The position numbers and the translations under genes are program-made. From the human T2T-CHM13v2.0 reference genome, Homo sapiens: a stretch of 64,000 nucleotides of DNA. The notes beneath the pieces are model-generated. The model had not been told where the DNA came from. It saw only the letters and a list, made by a program, of their open reading frames with translations, and ran no database searches. The stretch lies in the NCBI RefSeq assembly GCF_009914755.1, contig NC_060936.1; one strand, 5' to 3'. Below are positions 54,540 through 64,000 of this stretch, in pieces. How positions within the stretch are numbered: the first letter of the stretch is position 1; each line of letters starts with the position of its first letter.

Positions 54540-55412
54540 AAGTTAAATTATATATCTCTGTATCATTTGGGTGGATTTCAGGACATTTATTTCTTTGTTT
54601 GGAACATTATTCCTTATTTATTTTTCTTGACTCTATATGTTGGTTTCTATGCATTAGAAATAACAGCTACCTCTCACAGTCTTCACTGACTGGCCTTGTA
54701 CTGGTGAAGACCCACACCAATCAACCTAATCAGAGATTTTGTGGGCCTCTCAAACCTTTATGCTAATCCAAACTACTGTGTTTGTTGTTGGCACCGCATA
54801 GCTGTCTATAGTACATGGTGTTCCAATGCTTGCAGATAGGTGAGACAGAAGCCAGTCTCCCAGGAGCCCCTGGAAAAATTCGAACTTTGGACATGTAGTC
54901 CAACTCTTTCCCTCCCTAGGGAGAGGCTGCAGTCTGAGGTTTTTTGCCATCTTTCTTGGACTGAGCAGGAGAGTAGGCTATAACAACTGTTTGCTTGTTA
55001 ATTTAAGCCGCTATCTTTATTCTCACAGGCCCCCAGGCATCAGTAGTATGCCAGGTCCTGTTACGGCTCTGAGATAGGTAAGACAGAAGCGAGTAACCTG
55101 GTCAGTTTCTAGAAAGGTTGGTTGGACATGTAATCCAACTTTCTTCCCACCAGAGAAGTTGAGAGCTGTGGGTTTCCTTTGATCATATGGCACTGTACTG
55201 GGGATAGGGATTGTGGTGAGAGTTAGGTCTTGAGTTTTCCTACCAGTTTCAGTATAGCCGGTTTCATGCTTGCCCAGGGTGAAGGACCCTTTCAGTTTGT
55301 CTCTGGATTTCCCACAAAGGGTATTTGTGCATGCGTCGTTGTAAATTGAGTGTTTCCATGGAAGGACAGAGGATCCAGGGTTTTCCTATTTCACCTCTTG
55401 TTGACATCATCT
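54540..55412 (-). mobile_element. Old L1M 5'UTR region
   Basis: GC-richer block ending cctatttcacctcttgttgacatca, the reverse of the L1M 5' start motif. Confidence 0.55.
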
Positions 55413-56159
55413 GGTATTTTAATATTTTTCTAAATTCCCAAGGTAAAGGAAAAAGTAAATGAATAATGTATCTGATTATAATCATTCAAAAAAATGAAAA
55501 TTATGCTAGTTGTAAAATACCAGCTACAAGAAAAATAGGCATGTAGAAAACATGCAGTAAATATCCCTGAAGAGTATACTTCCCAGAAGATGCTTTTTAG
55601 GACTTAATTGTATTTGTTGTCCAAAATTTTCAAATAAGTTTATAGATATCATTTATTAATTAATCATATTAGTTTCCTAGGAAAAGCCAATTGGAAAAAC
55701 TAATATATTACTACAGATTGGTTTGTATAAAGTCCCATGAGCTTAATTAATTACCCTAAATTAGTTTCGTTGCAAGACTAGAAGTATAATTTATAAATAG
55801 ACTTTACCCCTGGGCTACTAGTGATAGGAATCTGAAATACTGCCTCTTCATTCTGTACATACCCTGGAGGATTTTAACTGAGTTTCACATTTATAATTAA
55901 TGTCCTTGTTACTTCTTTTAGGGAAAATCCCTCAAATAAAGGGCATTACAAAAGCTGACAGATCATTATCTGATAACAATAAGGGAAACAATAATAGTTC
56001 CCCATGTTCAAGTTTCATTAAGTTGCCTTTATTCTAAGCAAATATATTAAGTTAGTTTAGCTAAAAAGGTATTTTTATGTTTTTTTTTTTCTTTGTAGCT
56101 TTGCCTGCAGAAAATAATAGCAGTAAGATAATAGCAGAACTGGTGGTGGTGGAGATGGC

Positions 56160-56418
56160 AATAATTAACAACATTGACTATCATTAATTCTAAGTGCTGA
56201 GCACTTTTCTAATTTTTTTAGATGTTTTATGTCAATTCCTCACAATGACCTTATGAAGTAGGTACTATTATTATCCCCATTGTTACAGATGGGGAGACTA
56301 AAGCTTACAGAGATTATGTAACTTGTTTTAGGCCATGTGACTTTTTAGAGGAGTCAACAGTCAGTATTCAAATTCAGGCAGTTTAACTCCTGAGGCCTTG
56401 TATTTTGCCACTACTCTA
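56160..56418 (-). mobile_element. MIR
   Basis: Core taggtactattattatccccattgttacagatggggagactaaagcttacagag. Confidence 0.85.
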
Positions 56419-56549
56419 TTCCATCTCCCTGTGTTCTCATCTTAGTATAAAGTACAGATTTATGTCATTTATCATTTAATGTTTGAAATGATCCTAGGAA
56501 ACTGATAGATAAGTTCTATAGGCAAAACTTTAAGAAGGTGTTATTTTTA

Positions 56550-57320
56550 TGTATTGTCCATTCTGTAACATTTATGGCGCCTCTGCCATGTTTTGGCACT
56601 GTTACACGTTTCTGACACACAACATTAAGCAAGATAGTCAAGGCCCCTGTGCTTTCACAGAGCTTACATTCAAGTTGGAAAAGAGCTATGATAAGCAAAT
56701 CATGCCGTGTGGTGCTGTGGGCTAGGAAGAAAAAGTTTGGGGTTATATATTTAGCTGATAATGGTTGTAGGGGATTTCTTTAGACAATATAGTTAGGAAA
56801 GAAGCCAAACTCAGTAAATTTTCATTTCATATAAGTCAATTTATATGAAATTCTAGGGAAGACAAAAGTGATATGAGAGAAGACACATCAGTAGTTACAA
56901 TAACTGAGGGCAGGGGAATTTTTTGAGGGCGATGATAATGTTTTATGTCTTGATTGTGATAGCGCTTATATTTGACAAAACATATCAAATTACACACTTA
57001 ATATTTGTGAAAATTATATGTAAGTAATACCTTAATAGAGCTGATTTTTAAAAAACAAATGACTATCAGAATAACTGACTGGATGGATGGTGATTTTGGA
57101 TGTAATTTCATTTACTGAGGTGAGAAAAGGTTAAGTTTCATGGGGTTAAAAAATCTAATTTGTGTGTATTAAATGTGTGATGCTTATTCATGAGCCTAGA
57201 GGAAATGTTGAGTAGGCAGTTAGAAATATAGAAATGGAATTCAGGGGAGTTGTCAGGCCTGGAGATAGAAATTTTGGATTAATAAGCATATAGTTGTTAT
57301 TTAAAGCCAAATAAATAAAA
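56550..57320 (-). mobile_element. L2 fragments with an embedded L1ME piece
   Basis: cagagcttacattcaagttgg; gagtaggcagttagaaatat...caggcctggagatagaaattttgg. Confidence 0.55.
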
Positions 57321-58818
57321 AGGAAATAATTTCTAGATAGGGTTCTATGACATTCTTTTATGGATTGTGTCCATCTTCTACCTAGAAAGAATATGGCCAC
57401 TTTAGATTAACTGTAAATAGTTTCACACGTAACAGTTTTACTTCAGATGAAATAATGAAAGTGTTAAAGTTATTGGTGCTGTCTGTGTTACCCTGTAACC
57501 CATGATTGAGTAGCCAGGCATTCATCCAGACTTTCTAGGAAGCTCAGGTCACCACTACGAACAACAGCTTCTGCCACTTTCTGCTGAGCCCCAGCCTAGA
57601 TGCAGAAGTCAGTGCTCATTCTGTCTTTTAGGTGTTTGGCAGCTAGTTGGGATACATAGACCTGAAGAGCCTCTCTCCAGGGACCTACAAACTGTTTTGA
57701 GTATTAACTGAAGGGACTGACTTTTTAAAAGCTTGGAAGCCGTTTTTGAATTCTAAGGTTTAGGTCACTTCACAGCACTCAAATGTTCTTTTAAAGAAAA
57801 CTAAAAAGCAACCATAATTAATAGCAGTTAATATCTTTCTTTGTCTACTAAGTCACAGTAGAAATTAGGAAATGATCTAGTATGGCAACACAAAAACATT
57901 GTGCAACTTAAGCCACTTCAATTATTCCTGAGAAATGAAAAGGGAAAAATCAGCTTCTGCTTTAGAATTTACCTCCAGATTTCCTCTCTGCTAGTACTGG
58001 CATTTACTGAGGAGATAAATGTTAAACTATGACAGAAAACCAAGTACCTAAGGATTGTGGTAGATAATTCTCAGAATTTACTTGAGAGATGTTTTCCTTT
58101 GGCCTTGATCGTAAGTTAAGACTAAGTCTTAGTGTTGATTGCAAATTGTACTTTTTTTCTGAGATAATAAGAGGAAAATTTATGACCCTGGCTTATTGAT
58201 TTTCATATTAAATTAATTCTGGGTCACTTAAAAGTCTTTGTTAAGTAAAGGAAAAGACGTTTGTTATTGACACCAAAGTAGGCAAAAAGAGGATAGTCAT
58301 TAATTTTGCTGTTCTAGCAAAATCCTGTAAAAGAACTCCAGTGCACACAGACACTCAAACTATGTCTGACGTTGGAAGCTCTTCATAATGGTTTATAACC
58401 ACAGCCACTGTAATTTGGGGTTATGTTTTCCCGAGAAGCCACAGACATTACAATCAGTGGTTAAATTTTCCTTACGAAATTTAGTACTGCCACCTGACCC
58501 TTCTTTTAAAAAAGGAAATAGCATTTCTATTTTAGCTTAGCAGGCTATTTTCACAACCCTGAAGTTTTTCTGTGCTGACTTCTTTAGTTTTGATTCATTC
58601 ATTCATTTTAAATTTTTTATTTACAATACTTTGATAATAATCTAGATGATAATAAAATCATAATGACATTTTAAATTATCAAATGTATCATATCTATAGA
58701 GAAATTATACCTTTTCATCTAAGTCCTTTTTTCCTTCTATTATATTTTTTTCAGTTATAGTCATTCAGTGAGATGTCTGTAATACAACATCTGCCAAGTT
58801 TTTCAGTCCAGAGAATGA

Positions 58819-59181
<363 letters not shown>

Positions 59182-59229
59182 TAAACATATACACTTACTT
59201 CAAACCTGTTATCTTTGTCTCAATATTCT

Positions 59230-59760
59230 TATTGCTTACCTTGACCTCCTATGTAGACTTCTTTACCTCCAGTTTTGTGCCTTTTCAACTTGGAGTGAAA
59301 AATGGATATCATTCTCCCACTTTAAATTCTTCCAGTGCCTCCCTGTAGCCTATAAGATAAAAGATAAGATAAAAGTTCAAACTACTTAGCATAAAATATA
59401 CATCTTTCATTGACCTGGTCTTTACCTGTCTAGCTCGTCTGCTGCTGCTCTGTTTCACATTTCATGCTTTTAGAACCAAGTGGCTGGTACACATAGTGGG
59501 CTATTTTATGGTCTTGGGCCTTGGTTCATACTGCACCATCAGCCTAGAATCCCATTGCTTCCTGACTGGCAAAACCCACTCTTATTTCATAATTCTTCAT
59601 TTTTACCCTCCATAAAACTTTTATTTCCTCCCTGCAGATTAAATCAAGTGCTCCTCTTGAGCATTCAGTATATAACTGTACCACTGCTCAGCCATATTAT
59701 TATAAAAAGACCTGTTTCTATGTCTTCTCCAATAGATTATGAGCACCTTGAAAGGAGGAG
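59230..59760 (+). mobile_element. L2 fragment
   Basis: cttccagtgcctccc...gataaaagttcaaactacttagc...tagattatgagcaccttgaaag. Confidence 0.6.
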
Positions 59761-61189
59761 CTGAGTATTAACAAACTGCAATAGATTATAACATATAGGA
59801 CCAGCACTGTTTTAAGGAGACATACTAATCTTTAAAAAATCAACTGGGTCTCCAACAACACAATTTGGCTCTTAGAGTTTTGGTAGCTTTTAATTGGAAC
59901 ATTTTACCAAGATTAGAGTTATTTAAAATAGTGCTTCGGATGTTATTATCCCCTTTTTAAAGAAGTATTCATCACACTGTCAGTTGGATGCCAAACTGAA
60001 CTGATTCTTATTATTGTTACTCAATGAAAAACTTGGAAAATACTCTGAGAGGTCAAGGATAATTACTTTCAGCTTCAGAAAAATGTTTACTTTGAACGAC
60101 TAGTATATATTTGCTCTACAGTGATGAATGGCTGCATGAATACAAGTAGAATTTTTAGGTCATAGTAAAGTAGTACACTCTCTTTCACTGGTCAAACGGA
60201 AGCATTACATTCAACTATACCATTCATGTAGATTCAAAAGATACCATGTTTTAAAAGAGACATTTCCAAATCAGAATGAGAATGTCTTAGACATTCATTT
60301 GTACCTCCTCAGCATCTATTCCTCTGTTCCCAATGTGATAGTTTATTTTTTAGCGATGTGGTTTAGAGGAAATTTAACCTACTTTCTAATTTACATATAG
60401 GTACTTGTTGATCTAGGCTAATAATTATTTTCCATCCCCATGTTCCAAGGATGCATACATAATTTGAGCCAAGCTCTTCAGACTCAATTTGAGGACTTGC
60501 CTCCTCAGGTATATAAACTCTGTTGTTCACAGTAAGAAAATGAGGAAATCTTTAAAGCTGTTAGTAATTGTCTTGGGACCATATATGTAGAGCTTTTGAG
60601 AAAATAGAAGCAACATCATTGGCAGAGCTAAGAACTGAAGAAATTTGCCTCCTGATCACATTGTTTGCGTACTAGATGGAGCCCACTCTGAAGTTCGTTT
60701 ACGTTCTCTCATATGAGACTGTAACTGCTTTTTTTCCCCTCAAGTCAATTTGTGCTGAATTTTCTGTTACTTGTGATCAAAAGAATTTTAACTGATTGTC
60801 AAATGAATGTGCTAAGGAGTAAAGAGGGTTAGATTTGAGTCCTAGCTTGTGACTCATGTAATTTTGACCAAGTTTTAAAAATGTATGAGGCCCACTTTCA
60901 GATCTCTAAATGGGATTAATAATACCTGCTTTGCATAGTTATTGTGAGGCCCTTAGAAACGAGACAAAAAAGAAAGATAATAGATTGGTGAAAAAGCTTA
61001 GAAACCATAACTATCATGCAAATGTTAGGTGGTATTGTGACAAAGCAGGAAACCTTGTCAAATACTATTGAAGGAACTGAAGCGTTTAGCCTTGAAAAGA
61101 AAAAAAGAGCCACATTCTTCACATATTTGCATACTATATATACACATGTAAAAATATCAAAGGGATATTATATATAGATATAAATATAT

Positions 61190-61219
61190 CTGTGTGTGTG
61201 TGTGTGTGTATATATATAT
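61190..61219. repeat. (TG)n(TA)n microsatellite
   Basis: Directly visible. Confidence 0.93.
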
Positions 61220-61287
61220 TTTTTAACTTAGCTGGAGAGGGACAGATAGAAGAAGTAGGTGAAAATTTTTAGCTCACTGCTGTCTTT

Positions 61288-61613
61288 TGGTCTCTTAACC
61301 ATGGGGATACATTCTGAGAAATGCATCATTGGGAGATTTTGTAATGCAAATCTCATAGAGTGTACTTCTAGAAACCTAGGTGGTACAGCCTACCACACAC
61401 TTAGGTTATTTAGGTATAGTCTGTTGCTCCTAGGCTACAAACCCATACAGCATGTTACTGTGCTGAGTACTATAGGCAGTTGTAACACAATGGTAAGTGT
61501 GTATCTAAACAAAAAAAAAGAACAGTGAAAATACCTGTTATAATCTTAAGAGACCAATGTTGCATACACAGTCCCTCATTGACAAAAATATCATCATATG
61601 GTGTATGACTGTA
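61288..61613 (+). mobile_element. Tigger3a-like DNA transposon
   Basis: atggggatacattctgagaaatgcatcatt...gctcctaggctacaaacc...atgactgta. Confidence 0.83.
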
Positions 61614-62385
61614 CAAACTGAAACTATGAAATCACAGTTGATCTAGCAAAATGTGCATCGTTTTATCCAGGATTGATAAGATGAATTGGGTGAAAGGTTG
61701 AAGAATGTGTGTATTAGAGAATATAATCTCTACTGTCCTTTCTACACTATGGATATCTGTTTCTATTCCTGTATTATTATAGGTGCAGGGCAAATTCCTA
61801 CTTCACAGATTTGCACCCAATTACTAATATTTCAAAAATCTATCATTTTTATAATTTAATTCTAAAAAGTTCTTTTTTCTGAAATAATTACAGTAAAATC
61901 CTTTTACAATACATTTAAAATACTTATATTGTTGTTTTATAAGCTTATAACTTTGGTTAAGTAGCCTAAGTTTTCTAAATTTCAGGGTATACATGCCTCT
62001 CAAAATCATCCTGAGGATCGAATGATAATATACCTGACCATTTTGTTAACTTTTAACCTAAAAACATAAAGCATGACTTTTATATTTTTATTTTAATCCT
62101 TTTTATATTCTATTTCATTTAGCTCTATGTCTTTCACACACATCTTTGTTGGGTCACAGAATCTTCAGTACCGCTAAATTGCTAATAAGGCAGCATAAAT
62201 TCATTTCATTTACTTAGCACAGTGCCTGGAACATAGTATGTGTTGTTCTTGCTAGGATGGCCACCGTTGTTGCTTACTACTATTATTATTACCATGTTAT
62301 TTACTGATGTAATTTTCACATCTAGCATAGTGCCATGCATAATAAGCAGCAGGTAAACAGATGGTTACTGATGATTACCAAAATG

Positions 62386-62910
62386 CTGTAGTTTTCCAAA
62401 CTGTGTATCAAGAGAGGGTGCTGCAACGAATTCATAAGGATGCTGCAAGTTTTTTTTTTTTAATCAGAAGGTAATGCAGCAATACTTGAGTTCTTGAAAC
62501 CAGATGAACTACCAGCTTGTCAATATTTGTTTATGTTACATTTCTTTGTCTTTTATTGTATCTTTGTGAAGCTGGCATTTTGGATGTTACTGAGATAAAA
62601 AGCAAATACTATGCAAACACCATTGTGGAACAGAACATGAGAGTGTTATTATCCCATCTTATTCCAAGGGTTAAGAAGTTGTGCAATGCCTAATATATAC
62701 AAAATTCTCATGAGTAGGGAACTATAGTTAAGGATGAAATAAAAATAGTTTCCTTTCAATTTTTATATATTATCTTTTCAAATGGCTAAGTTATCACCTA
62801 CCTAATTAATATATGGAACAACTAGGTATTTCTTTTGGCCTAGTAGGAGCATGAAAAAAATTACTGAGACAGCAAGAGAGCCATAAACTAAGACAGTTGT
62901 AAGAAGCTAT
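62386..62910. mobile_element. hAT-Charlie (Charlie2-like) fossil
   Basis: gttttccaaactgtgt at the start; aaaaaattactgagaca near the end. Confidence 0.5.
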
Positions 62911-62949
62911 AATCTAGTGTGTACCCATAGAATAAGTTGCTCTGGGAGA

Positions 62950-64000
62950 CACAAGAAATGTAATATGTAGTCTCTACTGTTAAGTAGATTTTCTTTGAAT
63001 TGGGGAAACAAATCCACATGTTCATTATGATGAACTGTGCATCTGCAGTTTGTACCAGATACTATCGTAGTATTCTAGTCATAAAGACTATGCTATGTCA
63101 TAAATATAGTCTGTGGTTTCAAAGGGATATCCAGTTGGTAAGATAGACAAGTAAACTGATTATTATAATTTTGAGCTACAGAGTGCTTTGAGAGTGATAA
63201 AATATAAGATATTCTATGAGTACATTTGAGGAGTACTAGATCTACCCACATTGTGATGTAGAAAGCCTGGAGCATTTCAGGAAAGGCTCCTAGAGATGAT
63301 GATACTTAAACTGAATCAGGAAGAAGGAGAAGTAGGCTTATTAAACAGAGGAGAAGGATGAAGAGAAATCATTCCAAGCTCAGAGAGCATGGCATGTCCG
63401 GGAAACTGCAGTATTTCCTATATACATGACATGAGTATTTACTATATACATGAAAACATGGTAGCTTCTACAGAAGTTACAAGTATGAATGAGACTTTCT
63501 CATTGTTTTCAAAGATATTACAGTGAACTACAGAAATATGTCAAATTTATAAATTGTTCCAATTTGAGATCGAGTGAAATATTACAAAGTACAATATGTT
63601 GAGGCAGTTGAAAACACAGAGATGGAAATGAGCACAGTGTTTGGTGGATATCAGTTTGACAAATCGAAATGTTTTTTGGGACAGTATTATAAAACAGAGA
63701 TGGAATTAATATACATGAGCCAATTATGAGAACATTGAAGTCAAAGAGACAAATTCGGATTTAATATTATCACAAATGGAATGCTACCAGAGGCTCCACT
63801 GGCACAAAAAGGACAAGAGCTAAATATTTTTTATGGAAGATGAACTGGACAGCCTTAAATGTGATGCACAGAAGCAAGAAAAAGTCTAAACATAAGAATA
63901 CTCTTTAGAAGTTGCTGGAATACTTGACATGCATGAAGAGGGCAGCATAGCCCACATGATGGCAGTTGAAAAGGTGAAGAAAGGACAGATAAACATTTTA
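62950..64000 (-). mobile_element. Highly diverged L2 fragments
   Basis: tcaggaaaggctcctagagatgatgatactta aactgaatc...; ttggatttaat...atggaatgctacc-like motifs. Confidence 0.45.

Overview
AT-rich primate (most likely human) genomic DNA that is almost entirely intronic. Three short phase-0 coding exons on the + strand (50557-50649, 50746-50814, 52881-53057) splice into one coiled-coil reading frame that I recognise as the C-terminal part of CCDC91 (p56, GGA-binding partner). The rest is the >50 kb upstream intron and >10 kb of the downstream intron, packed with old L1 (mostly antisense), Alu, MaLR/ERV LTRs, DNA transposon fossils, MIR/L2 and simple repeats. Nearly all ORFs in the supplied track are repeat-derived noise. 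The most interesting signals are: (1) a TSD-bounded L1 3' transduction carrying ~530 bp of foreign sequence at 5927-6639; (2) a candidate 8-nt poison microexon or recursive splice site at 40699-40706, with an upstream UGC and a downstream UGCAUG; (3) alternative splice sites around the coding exons and a possible 339-nt stop-free circRNA; (4) a G-quadruplex/triplex-prone repeat that replaced an Alu tail; (5) a nested LTR12F promoter. Repeat subfamily names come from memory of the consensus sequences, and boundaries without a TSD are approximate. No CRISPR, tRNA, rRNA or snRNA gene was recognised.
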